This document shows, piece by piece, positions 27,501 through 50,600 of a stretch of DNA of 64,000 bases; the stretch's first letter is position 1, and every line of letters starts with the position of its first letter. Origin of the DNA: Mytilus californianus (Eukaryota); NCBI RefSeq assembly GCF_021869535.1, contig NW_026262667.1, forward strand, positions 6,324,001 through 6,388,000, read 5' to 3'. The position numbers and the translations under genes are program-made. The notes below the pieces were generated by a model. It saw nothing but the letters and a program-made list of their open reading frames with translations. It did not search any database and was not told where the DNA came from.

Positions 27501-28278
27501 CTTCCAAAGAAACATAATTTTATTTTGGGTTTTTAAAAAGTTAGTCGCCTTGAAAATAGTCAATTTCTAGAAGTTTTCTGAAGCTTACAACTTCTCAGTA
27601 AATCAGGTTGGGGCTATTTGTCTTTTGGAAAATTTGCTGCATTCTTTATAAATACATGCCATTTTAAATAAAAAAGACTCAGTTAAGAAAATTTTGTTTT
27701 TAGCACTATTAAATGATTTCTCATATATTGGATTGTTATACTCATATGGTGAATAGTTCAATACCCAACCTGTTTTAATATTTTGTTTGAATTGGCATAA
27801 CAGGCATTCCCAGTTGATTAATTGACGGACCAAGTTAATTTCATAGATTGTCTGAGTGGTCTTCGGAGCCCAAGTTGTCTTGCACCCCAACCTAATGATG
27901 CATGCTTGCAAGAGAAACAGCATATACATGATATAGCAATCTACAATTCTGGTTAGAAAATTGAAGCATACAACCTTACATGCAGTTGGATCCCTTAAAA
28001 TATAAGGAAATATACACATTTATAATAACAGAATAATGATTCATTTATTGCATCATCTGTCTGATCTGATATGCCTTCCTATATTTTCGCTTACAGCACT
28101 ATAATTTATTGGTTTCGAATTAAGGTATCACCTCTCCAAAGGACTGAAGACTCTTTATGGCCCCAACAATTTTTTGGTGGTCTTCTTTCAACTCGGTTGC
28201 TAGCTCAAGAGAATTTATATGCCCCTTTTTATCAACATGCTGCAAAACTACTTCAAGTTCAGCCATGTTCTCGCTCAT
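12568..28278 (-). CDS. FARSA: Phenylalanine--tRNA ligase alpha subunit, paralog A (complete, 12 exons, 501 aa)
   Basis: Exons (minus): 28132-28278, 25209-25346, 24209-24310, 23693-23811, 22934-23026, 19843-19971, 19106-19221, 18277-18367, 17933-18032, 15370-15616, 13250-13364, 12568-12676 (sum 1506 nt = 501 aa + TAA). Motifs: [105 protein letters not shown]. An alternative start ATG is at 28266. Confidence 0.95.
13811..15293 (+). mobile_element. HINE-like family B with internal ~130-bp tandem array (FARSA-A intron 10)
   Basis: Starts AACAAGAGTGCACAC. Repeated units AACCATGAAAATGAGGTCAAGGTCAGA...CCATACACCAAATATAGTTGACCTATTGC. Ends with hairpin TGTCGAGC...GCTCGACAAAAA. A remnant of the same family lies on the minus strand at about 61785-61977. 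Confidence 0.7.
14345..14622 (+). mobile_element. Single-unit family A element nested in family B
   Basis: Both termini and one core unit are present, inserted in an A-run of a family B unit (AAAAC|AAAACTTAAC). Confidence 0.75.
16155..17518. mobile_element. Deleted hAT-like DNA transposon
   Basis: TIRs CAGTGTTCTCCC / GGGAGAACACTG. A decayed minus-strand segment near 16390-16480 reads [28 protein letters not shown], resembling a hAT transposase C-terminus. No clear TSD. Confidence 0.55.
18444..18593. mobile_element. 150-bp MITE with 11-bp TIRs and 6-bp TSD
   Basis: CAGTCTGCACC...GGTGCAGACTG with CACTAC duplicated on both sides (18438-18443, 18594-18599). Internal inverted ACTAGTCCG/CGGACTAGT. 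Confidence 0.75.
19017..19050 (-). pseudogene. Degenerate partial duplicate of FARSA-A exon 7
   Basis: Minus strand reads [11 protein letters not shown] at the same offset (about 55 bp) from the exon 7 donor as in paralog B. Confidence 0.65.
20591..21991. mobile_element. Degenerate TIR element (hAT-like ends) hosting a SINE
   Basis: Imperfect TIRs CAGTGTGCCAGC / GCTGAAACACTC with subterminal GTGCCC motifs at both ends. Confidence 0.35.
20834..21093 (-). mobile_element. Full-length tRNA-derived SINE with TSD
   Basis: Minus strand has A box TGGCCGAGTGG, B box GAGTTCGAACCC, central GGTTTTCTCCGGGCGCTCCGACTTCCTCCACC and an (ATCAA)n tail. 14-bp TSD CCA[T/C]TTCTGTTGAT at 20820-20833 and 21094-21107. 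Confidence 0.85.
22670..22883 (+). mobile_element. Short deleted family A element
   Basis: Termini GAATGTGTCC and TAATGCCCCCTCCGC with a truncated core. Confidence 0.65.
25455..25860 (+). mobile_element. Interspersed repeat, probable retroelement 3' UTR
   Basis: GC-richer block ending GTTGTCCCTTTGACACATTCCCCATTTCCATTCTCAATT. It shares AGTCAGGAGCCT with the related block at 30810-31090. Confidence 0.45.
26659..26925. repeat. Tandem duplication, 2 copies of about 130 bp
   Basis: ATGGT(C/A)AAACTTCTCACA..TTCCGAGTTGTCTTTTTTGTCATA...AAAAGTCTCCTTCAACAG occurs twice in FARSA-A intron 1. Confidence 0.8.
26971..27429. mobile_element. MITE with ~28-bp TIRs (PIF/Harbinger-like ends)
   Basis: GGCCAAAAAAAAAATATATGTCTGTTTA ... 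TAAACAGACATATATTTTTTTTTGGCC, followed by TAA. Confidence 0.75.
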
Positions 28279-28508
28279 GCGTTTCTGCGGTCCTGTAAAA
28301 GTGGTGTCTTCAAAAGATTTTTTCTGCAAAATAAGAAATTAAATGTATTTTTTTGCGAATTGTTTGAATCACATCAATATACAGGTGGTTGTGTTTACTA
28401 TATATTATGTACAGAATATATTATTTTTGTTCCGCGACAATTTTTCAGAAGTTCAAGGTCAGATAGCTTTATCCTCTTACGAAACTTTAAAGAATTATTA
28501 TAGTGGAA
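28279..28508. promoter_or_regulatory. Putative bidirectional promoter shared by FARSA-A and GCDH
   Basis: Divergent start codons are only 230 bp apart. The promoter role is inferred from geometry, not mapped. Confidence 0.6.
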
Positions 28509-39924
<11,416 letters not shown>

Positions 39925-40597
39925 TATAGTGTGTTGTGACTTCTACCAGTCTTCTAGTCAGTGAAGAGAAGGTTATTCAATTATATTATCTATATAGTAT
40001 ACGGAAGACACTGGTATTACCTCAATGGTAAAGTGGCATTAAGAAGACAACTGTCCACCTCATTTTGTTTGCTTCAAAACAGTTCTTTTATCATTGAGAT
40101 TGTATATTTAATGAACAAGTATATATTACAAAAAATACATTAAAAAGTGTATTTTAATGATAAGCAGTGTGCCAAGTCTATATTTTTTTTTATCTTATTC
40201 AGATTGATAACATTGTCATTACTATTCAGAGTTTAATTAAGCTTCTATGTTGATATTTATAGACCAGTTATAGGTTTTGGATGAAGCAATGAAGCTTCTA
40301 TTTGTCTTGTTAGTTATTTCCTAATAATGTGATTTTGTAAAAGTTTTCTCATAAAAAGTGAGGAAGATGTAGAAGGGCAGGTAAATATTAAAAGTTTAAG
40401 GACAGATAACACCATCCTCTTAAGAAAAAAAGGCAAACAACATTCTACATCACACAGAAAACTAAAGATTAATAACATGAATCCGCTCAAAACTGGGGGA
40501 ATGTGAATTCTTGTACTCCAGAAGGAAAAGCAGTTCCTACTCTACTATAGGCACTCTTATTTTTGCTTGTGTCAAGGAAAGACCTGGTGAAATCTTA

Positions 40598-41391
40598 AAT
40601 TAGATAAGGAATTACCTATACATTTATAGTTTACTTATGTTTTTATACACCCATCAGTGACAGACCTATAATTAGATAAGGAATTACCTATACATTTATA
40701 GTTTACTTATGTTTTTATACATCCATCAATGACAGACCTATAATTAGATAAGGAATTACCTATACATTTATAGTTTACTTATGTTTTTATACATCCGTCA
40801 GTGACAGACCTATAATTAGATAAGGAATTACCTATACATTTATAGTTTACTTATGTTTTTATACATCCGTCAGTGACAGACCTATAATTAGATAAGGAAT
40901 TACCTATACATTTATAGTTTACTTATGTTTTTATACATCCGTCAGTGACAGACCTATAATTAGATAAGGAATTACCTATACATTTATAGTTTACTTATGT
41001 TTTTATACATCCGTCAGTGACAGACCTATAATTAGATAAGGAATTACCTATACATTTATAGTTTACTTATGTTTTTATACATCCATCAATGACAGACCTA
41101 TAATTAGATAAGGAATTACCTATACATTTATAGTTTACTTATGTTTTTATACATCCGTCAGTGACAGACCTATAATTAGATAAGGAATTACCTATACATT
41201 TATAGTTTACTTATGTTTTTATACACCCATCAATGACAGACCTATAATTAGATAAGGAATTACCTATACATTTATAGTTTACTTATGTTTTTATACACCC
41301 GTCAGTGACAGACATATAATTAGATAAGGAATTACCTATACATTTATAGTTTACTTATGTTTTTATACACCCATCAATGACAGACCTATAA
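40598..41391. repeat. 72-bp tandem array, about 11 copies, downstream of the GCDH stop
   Basis: Unit AATTAGATAAGGAATTACCTATACATTTATAGTTTACTTATGTTTTTATACA(C/T)CC(A/G)TCA(G/A)TGACAGACCTAT, near-identical copies. Confidence 0.95.
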
Positions 41392-42652
41392 TGATATTCC
41401 ATTGTCTGGTTGTCCTAGCAGGTCTAGAGATGATCCAAGTTTGCTATAAGTAATTGGTATGAATTTTTCACACAATGATTGATTCCATTATAAAGACAAT
41501 CTTATTTTCCATTGTGAAAGCATTCAGATTTTAGTAATTACACTCAAGGATTATCAGCACTTTTCATGTTAACTTAGTTTTCTTTGAAATGTGTGTTTTT
41601 GATATTAACATGTACTTTTTCGTTGCATGGTGACATGACCTCTTTTGATTTTGAAGATATTCAGATGTGTTATTCCACTGGTAAGTGACATCCAATTATG
41701 AAATATGTGACAATTTCAATTATACATGTCATGGCTCTTGATGCAGCTGTTTATTTACAGAAAACTGAGCTAAAATAGGAAGTAATTGTTTTATTTATAT
41801 TCAGTTCTCTCTATGGAAAGAGATAATTTTTTAACAATAAATGATTTGTTAGCTGTGATAGTTTTTATTATTATTATTGTTGATAAAGGAGATCATGATA
41901 ATTATAATGTGTAAATATTTCATATAATGTCGCTTGTTTTAAAAAAAAAAGTTTCTTATTGGAATCATGATAAAGGTATATGTACTGAGGATTTATTAAT
42001 ATTTGTGAGTTTAAATTGTTGTGGATCAAAGTAAAACTGAATTTTTGTACATGCTTGATTTCAAACGTAAAGTAAATTTAGGTTTACTTAAACACTAACA
42101 TCCCTAGTTCACTTGTAACAACAAAATCCAAGAAAATTAGTACCAAAAACATTGAAAAATTAATTTACACAAAGTCAGTGTTTTTTATGTGCACTTTTGA
42201 TGCCTTATTTGTATTTGATGAATTGACAAAAAATGTCTAGATACTGTTATAAAGCATGTTATTTTTCTACTTCTGAAACTCACAATTTAATTTTCTGGTG
42301 AAATTATCATAAAAAAAGGTATTTTTTAAAAGTTGTTTTACATTATTGGTACAATGATTACTATATATTTGTTATTTGTTAAGCAAAATAAATGAATTAT
42401 TTCAACATAACATACATGTGCTTATATTATAAACATATTAATGAAAAATCAATACCTCAGAGAAGAAGGGAGAAGGATATTAAAAAAGTTAAAAATCAAT
42501 TAATAATCAGCATTTTTATGTTTATTATATTTTAAAGATTTTGCATTTTTGAATATTAAAAATTAAACGATATTTGATTTGCGATGTATATGTATAAATG
42601 TATTTTCGTGTTATGTTGTTTTTATTTCATAGTTATTTGAATGATAATATTT

Positions 42653-43212
42653 TTATATGCCCGTTTACAAGACGTATTATGGTATACTGTTGTTCGTCCG
42701 TCCATCTGTCCCTCCGTCTGTCTGTCCATCCGTCGTCAACATGTCAGACAATAACTCAAAAATGCTATAACCAATTTTCTTGAAACTTTGGTGAATTGTT
42801 TATATTTATTGACGTAAGCTCCCTTTCGATTTTTATAAATTTTGGATTTTACGTTTCCGAGAAATTGGATTTTATTTATTAAAAAAGGGGGGAGTTTCCA
42901 GTTTTTCAGACAATAACTCAAAAACACTTTAATCAATTTTTATCAAACTTTAGTAATTGTTTATATCTATTGACGTAAGTTCCCTTTCGATTTTTATAAA
43001 TTTTCGATTTTATGTTTCGGAGTTATTGGTTTTTATTTATAAAAAAAATGCTTTAAGCAGTTTTCTTGAAACTTTTATGACTGGTTTATATCAATTAAAA
43101 CAAGCTCCCTTTAGTTTTTTTTATTAATTTCAGATATGACATTGAGGAGTTATGGAACTTTATTCATTGAAAAAGTGACAGGCATATCATGCGCTCATGG
43201 CGCAGCTCTTTA
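42653..43212. mobile_element. HINE-like family E
   Basis: TTTTATATGCCCG start, (GTCC/GTCT)n microsatellite, repeated CAGACAATAACTCAAAA units and end GGCATATCATGCGCTCATGGCGCAGCTCTT. Confidence 0.65.
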
Positions 43213-43220
43213 TTTCAGTG

Positions 43221-43583
43221 GACCGCCTTGGTGGTCTCGTGGTAGTGTGTTCCTTTGAGTGCGGGATGTCGTGTGTTAGAACCCCGGCCGGGTTAAAACA
43301 AAGACTTTAAAATTGGTATTTGCTGCTTCTACACTAAGCACGCGGCATTAAGGAGTAAGAGCAAAGACTGGTTAGCCTGGAGTCAGAATAATGTGTCCAG
43401 GTAAGGTGACATATCTTCCTGCGGACTGTTACCTTGTGAACTAGCACGTTAAAAATCCAGCTCAGCGTGTCAGTCTAGTACAAAGCAGGGCTAAATTTCA
43501 TATTACATTAACATGTTCTCGTCCTGAATATGCATATTAATTTGCCGCTGGATGTTAAGCAGCCATCCATCATCATCATCTTT
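43221..43583 (+). mobile_element. tRNA-derived (CORE-type-like) SINE
   Basis: tRNA-like head with A box TGGTCTCGTGG and degenerate B box GTTAGAACCC, body AAAATTGGTATTTGCTGCTTCT..CTAAGCACGC.GCATTAAGGAG, and (CAT)n tail. Confidence 0.7.
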
Positions 43584-46285
43584 ATTCAGTGATATATTGG
43601 ATGGTAACAAAGGTTAATGCAAACATTAAGGTTCATTTTATTGGATGGTAACAAAGGTCAATGCAAACATTAAGGTTCATTTGACTTTTTTACACCTGAT
43701 TTTATGGATTTGGTTTTAAATAGGGTACTGGAAATGGAATTGAATATGATATGTGGGTGACAGTGGCCATCAATTAGCCAAAACAACCACTCTTCATACA
43801 TTATTTAAGCCTTCTCCTTCAACAAAATAATTGAACTTTGACTACTGCTGTGGTTATGGAATTACTACGGTTGTAATCTGGTACAACACTGACCTCAAAA
43901 TTAGGACATTTTAGGTTGGTTCCCTGTTAAATGTTCAATATGCCTTTGGTAATATACAAATGTTAACAACAATTAAGTATTATCAAACTTGTCAAAAAAG
44001 ACTGGGTATCAGGATGTTTTGAATTTAATTGTATCCAGGTAAACCAAAGACCAGTATTTGGACTTCCAGATTTCCTGCAAGAGCTTAGCTATTAGGAGTA
44101 AGAATAAAGACTCATTGGCTTTAGTTGAGAATAATGCTTTAAACTGGAAGAGGGGAAACACATCTTTTTCAAATATTTTGAATTTGAGTTTAAAATTGCT
44201 GCTAGATGGTTAAAATAAAATTGGTCTTAGAATAAAAAATAAAGATACTGGTTAGGTGTATAGGTAACTTTATCCAAAATATACAGATAAAAATCTGCAG
44301 CTCACTGTGGAGTCTGCAAAAGCTAGCATGAACTATACCCTCTGCTTCATAAGGTGACATAATGAGGAGTTTGCCCCTTTAAACAAGGATAAACAAATCA
44401 ATCCAATGTTATTCTATTAAACAATATAATGGAAGGTACAATACAAACACAAGAAATTAACGTTTGTTTTAACAGGCTTATATGAGATACAGTGTACTAG
44501 TTTACAGGCTTGTGCAACCAACTTGCTATAGTGAAACGTCAGTGGCCAACTGTAAACCTAATATTCAATTTGTCTCTCGTACTTAAAGATATAGACGTAT
44601 GTGGCTTTTGTGCAAATAGAGTACTAGTAGTAGTAACCATGGATGGTCTTATATTCAGTGTTAGTGACTTATTTTTTACTTAAAATTAAAATTTTGCTGT
44701 GCTAAATGTTATATTCATGATTTAATGGATTCATTTTATAGTGGACATATACTTCTGCATGCAAAAATTGAATACAAAGTTTGCATGGGAGTATTATGAT
44801 AACAGTTAACAAAGGAAACAGGTATACAGCATCAAATCATTCTGAAAAAAAATACTCATTTGCATACTACTTGTTATAGAAAAAACTTTCAGATCACTTA
44901 CTGAAAGTTTCCACTAAAACTAACAGCTAATACTTTGTTCATTGAGGTATATTAAAGATATTCTTCGAGTTAATTGGTTTTATCTAGTTACTTGTACTCT
45001 TTCAAAGACTTTATATATTAAAGAAGCAATGCATTGTAAAATTGCAGGGGACCTAAAAGAATGGCTGCAACAAATCATGAACTGCATTTTTTAGAACTCA
45101 TTTTATTAAAATAAATGCATAGGAGACAGCCATTGCCTTAGCATGGACTACATAGTGAGGATATTGCCACAATATATAAAGTCTTTGAAATAAATTCTTT
45201 TAATTGATTAACTAAATTTTCCATTGGTATGTCTTTTAATAATTTCTGGAATAGGGAGTAGTTATTTTAAGTGTAATTTGGTAGAAAAGGTCCCATATTT
45301 TAAACTTGAATTTTTTATACTTTTCAATTCGCCTTTATAGAACTAAAGGGCTATGGGTTACCTCATTGTTTGTACCCCTAAATGAAAATAACGTTACATC
45401 ATTGGTTGAAATTCCATGTTTTTTGACATTTTTAACCAATCACAACGTTTTGGTGTACTCTTGTGAAAATTTTACCTAGAATGCATTAGATTCTGAAACT
45501 GCAAATGGTTTTAATATTGAACTGGTCTTTTATATCAAACATATTTTCTTCAAGAAAGTACAGGACCTCTTAGCTTACTGCATGACAAGATTTGTCTTGT
45601 ATACTTATTTGTAGAGGGAGGTGTTACTTGGATATAAAATTTGAAAAAAACAACTGAAAATTGTAAATTTTTCTTTGGTTGTTATGAATGATGGCAACTA
45701 TAGTTTACTGATGTTCAAGTCTCATTAATCGATAAAGAGAATATAAATCAAGAAAACTAACAAACACTGAGAGAATCATCGCATGAACCCCATAGGTTTC
45801 GAGACACGGGACCCTGAAACCCCCTGATAAGTATTATGCTAATGGCAATGCAGACCTCATCCTAATGATGGTTCCACATACTTTATTGAGTAATTTAGTA
45901 TTTTATTTTTCATAAATGATGCCTTATTGCAAAGCTTATTCAAATTTGCGGAAAAGATAGGACTTTAAATCATAAAATTTTGTAACTATTCGAACATTGC
46001 AAAGTCTCTTCTGAAGTCAATAATGCACATTTTATCCTTTCGCTATGTTGATTGCTAGAGCATAATTAGCTTCAAGCTTATATTGTTCCATTAGGTCTCA
46101 ACAATTAGTTCATGTCTCAAAATATGCTATATAATTACTAAGAGCCTTTTAATGTCAAATATTGTAGTGCATGTCCATAATTCAGTGTGTATGCTCTTTG
46201 GTATGTATAGAGGAAGGCAATTTCCTTTCTATGTCTTATGGTAATAGTCATTGTGGTGTAATTATGCTTGGTGATAAATGACATA

Positions 46286-46400
46286 GGGGCCTCGTTGGCC
46301 GAGTAGTTCATCTACTGTATCACTAGCCTGCCAACAATTATGTTGTGAGTTTGAACCCCGAACGTGGCAGATGCATTCGACTCCAATTTGAATTGGTCAT
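46286..46400 (+). mobile_element. 5' fragment of the SINE family at 20834-21093
   Basis: GGGGCCTCGTTGGCCGAGTAG...GTGAGTTTGAACCCCG...CATTCGACTCCAAT. Confidence 0.7.
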
Positions 46401-46444
46401 AATTATAAATGAAGTGTTTACAAAACTTTGACATTCTCGAAGTA

Positions 46445-47345
46445 CTAGACGAGAGGCGAAAAAGATCAAAGGGACATTCAAACTCATAAGTCGAAAATAA
46501 ACTGACAACGCCATGGCTAAAAAAGAAAAAGACAAACAGACAAACAACAGTACACAAAACACAACATAGAAAACTTAAGACTGAGCACTGAGCAATACGA
46601 ACCCAACCAAAAACTTGGTGATTTCAGGTGCTCCGGAAGTGTAAACAGATCCTGCTCCACATGTGGCATCCGTTGTGTTGCTCATGTTAGTACAAACCCG
46701 GTGATAAGTCTAATTCGGTAGGTCACATTCGGGTAAAAGGGGACGGGATTGTAATTACGACAATTGGAACATATCCGCTATCATATGTGAAACAGATATT
46801 CCATAAAGGTCAACCAATTCGTGATGGCTCCGTAAAATTAACGAAGGGATTTCAACTTCACCACTTGGAACTCTTGTTTTAAAAGCTTCCTCCTTGCAAG
46901 CAGCAATCCTCTATCAAGGAAATCATGATAGGAAATACAAGCCCTGGAATATCCTTTCAACTGGGAGATATACACTCCGTATGCAAGCGCTGCTGGAATG
47001 TTGCTACATAGAAATGGAAAGTTCACAATTGGGAAGCTGAAATCATCTCTTTTGTCGTAAAGTTTTGTTTTAAACCGACCCTCATTGTCAATTTCTAGAT
47101 GTCAGACTTAACTGTAGCTGTTGTATCCTTCATCTCAAGTTCGAGGGGATAGATGCGTTCAACATGTCACCAAATTTCAAATCATTTAGTGAGAGAACAT
47201 CATTTATATAAACGGAAAGTGAAGTAAAAGGATATTGCTAACTTCTTTCCTTTCTTCCTAAGAAGTTCATGTATGAAGTCAGCCTCATTAATAAAGGAAC
47301 AAGTCTGCAAGAAGAGGAGCACAGTTGGTTCCCATGGGAATCGCT
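46445..47345 (-). mobile_element. Penelope-like retroelement remnant (RT C-terminus and 3' region)
   Basis: Minus strand encodes ..NFPFLCSNIPAALAYGVYISQL.. and PMGTNCAP-like sequence. Closely similar to 54596-55860. Confidence 0.8.
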
Positions 47346-47689
47346 ATTGCCATCCGGACTCATGGTTTCTTTTTTAAGAATCAACGCTTATTCATTATAT
47401 CTATAATACATAACTACAATTGACCTAAGTTAGAAATGATTAATAAAAATATATATATACCCTATTACATAGTTTTTGACAAAAAATACACCTGCTATTA
47501 TGATTACGACATTTCAAGAAGAGATAATTATATTTGATAAATATCTGATATATTTACGACTGAGGTATTAATCGAATCTGTGAAAAAATATCGACATCTG
47601 ATTAATTGCAGATATTTTTTATTCAATCAGCAACCTTTTCTTTATATTTCATCTTAATTTCTCAATCTTATGATATACTATAAAGCTTG

Positions 47690-50600
47690 ATTAGTGATCT
47701 ATTCCAGCGGCGGCTCATCCCTACCACTTATTACATAGTAAGTGGTCCCCGAAGGTCAGGAGTACTAAACAACTCGTCTAACTACTACACAGTGGCACAA
47801 AACCAAATCCAAGTCATAGACAACCAAGATGTCCATGCGCAATTTACCAGAAATCATGCAAATTGGAATCTATAGCCTGATTTATTGGAATGTCCAGAAT
47901 TCAGCAATTAAGGGAAATGTGAACACACTTGATCTTGCTCATCTTGTTCCAAACCAAACAATTCTTCGACAAAAATATACTTCATACCAAATGGTAATTA
48001 CAGTAATCATTCAATTATTAAATATTTCAACCAATCCGTTATTTGGCTGAGAGTATATCCGAAGCAATCAAGACCAAGCACAAATTCCCCATCATTTAAC
48101 CGTTCATCATTCAGTGCTGAGACCAATCATGACACCATCCCAAAACCAACAAAAACCAAGCCAGTACCAAAGAAACAGTTGAGAATATTAAACATCAATT
48201 TCCAAGAAAGTTTCAACTGAACTAGATGTAACCATAGGGACAGAACCATTGTTAAATTCAAACATCAAATTAAGCCAGATAATCCCTGATTAACTAAACT
48301 ATGATATTATCTGTATCTATATCTGATACCGAACGCAGAGATCGCACGAAAGATCCTCATGGAGGAGGAGTTATGGTAGCTGCAAAAATTCATAACAGCA
48401 AGGGAACATCACAAAAACTAAAAAACAGAATTAATAACTGGAACAATAAATCTAGAAAAAGAAAATGCTTGTAGGTACCTTCTATCGACCACAGATAAAA
48501 CAGTCGACAGCTATCTGCACCAAAAGAAGACCACAATTAATACTATTCGAATGAAACATCAGAAAGATATTTTCTTAACTGGAGGCGACTTCAACATACC
48601 AGATATTAACTGGTCAGAACAAACCATCACAAGTTGACACTATCCTTCCAGGACCAACTAAACTTTCTTGGAGATTGTAGCTGACAATGGATTTAAACAA
48701 ATTGTAGACGTCACAACACGTTTTACAAAATTAAATGCATGACTATATCAACCACCTGAACGAATGGAAAACAACTGTCATGTTCCTGACTTGGTACGAA
48801 GTTAAACCTGGTTTTGTAATTAGCTAAATATCCCACTTGTATGAATAGTCAAAAGTTCCGTTATTTTGACAAAATTGGATGAGAAACCCAAACAGACATA
48901 ATTGGTTAACGTGACAACAACAATTGGGATGCAGCAGCTAAAACTGTGAAAACATACATCACATACATACAACAAAACTAAACAAACATACAAATAAATC
49001 TGACAAAGACTGTTTTTGTAGTTGATAGTACACACAGTATAGTTAAACATAATGACAACTACACTTTCCCGATAGGGTACAACTTAAGTAAAACAATATA
49101 AATGCAAAGGTATACAAAATGGAAAAAAACCCACGATTAAACTTCAAGCGTCCGAATTGCACCTCTGGACCCACCAGCATCAGGAACACCCAAAGCCCAA
49201 AACCCGAAAGCTGGTTACACAAATACCGAGCCACGTCGAGTTATACGACCAAAAGGAATATAATAGAACAAAGATAAAATAATCACCAAAGGAGTCCACA
49301 AAGTACATAAAAGCTACTGGACCAGGTTCAATTTTATCTCTCATACTAGCGACATACCAACTCGCTCCTATTCTCAAAAATCTGTACAACCATCACCCAA
49401 CACCGGAGAAGTCCCACAAGATTAGAGAGATGTTAATGCAGTACCCCTATTCAAGAAAGAGGAAAGACATTTAGGTTCCAATTAAAAACCTGTATCGATT
49501 ACCTCCTGATGTGGAATCTCAATAAGTACGATATGATTGCAATATACATTTTTAAAATCGTCGTGATATATAGCTATGAAATCTATAAATTAACGTCATA
49601 CAATAAAGCGTTATGGCTACAACGTTACCATAGTTAAATGTTAGTACTTCGCGTATTTTCCGACATTCTGGGGGCAGACAAAATTGAAATATGTAATCAT
49701 GAAAACTTAAATAAATGAAGTTCACACTTTAGATAAAAGAAATGTAAAAATAATGTCCACCTCAAATGAAATACTTTAGTCACTTAACCTTAACTGATCA
49801 CAATTAAAGTTTATCTCTTAGTCCATTCATGGATGTTTCTTCTGGCACACACGAAACAGTAATCGTCTTTGCATGTTACTTATTCCTGGCCTGTATCTAT
49901 GTGGCTACTTGACTCTACCAGTTGCTGGTTTGCTCTAACGGGTGGCCTTGATTCTAATTTGTGTCCTTGGAGCTTTTCATCAAGTGAATTTACGTGCGTT
50001 CTGCTTTGAACGAGGCATTGCGATATGTTCTCTGTCCTACTTATAGCAACGGCCATATTTGAAAGTAGATCTAGATGGTCATGTTTCCATGGTAACTTTG
50101 CCGTGTACTTTCCGTTCTTGTAGGCAATAGCTGTGTTCTGGTATGAAATGACGAACTGTAGATGATGAAGACTGGTTGATGTTTCTACTGATTGGTCATG
50201 ATAATAAATATCCGATCTTTGACTGAACAGCGGTGGGTCTTTTTCCTCTAATAACTTGGTCCTCGATAATTCCCCAGTAGTAGTCGGCGCCTATTAGTAA
50301 ATCAATTTCGAAACGTTCTATAGCTTGGCACAGAGTGTGCAAGTTTAAATCTTCTAAAGTGTGGCAAGCTCCTTATATTATGCGAAATCTTTTTCTGAAT
50401 CAGGACGGCAATCTGTGGAACAATGAGCGTGTTGATACGGATCTTTTCTCCTGTGTAGGTATGTTGTATTGTTGCAGTGTCTAAGTTTTGAACATTCTGT
50501 GATAAATTTCCAAACGCAGTCAGATGAATGCTGACTTTTCTTGTCGGTTTTATCTCCAATTTATCCGCTAAGTTTTGAGTTATGAACGAACGTTGTGCTC

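Noticed and set aside
27603-28019. 138-aa ORF in FARSA-A intron 1
   Set aside because: No recognisable motif, AT-rich composition, and no supporting splice structure.
41400-46280. Additional gene between GCDH and the TE cluster
   Set aside because: I found no chain of phase-compatible exons or recognisable protein motifs by eye. Short exons cannot be excluded.
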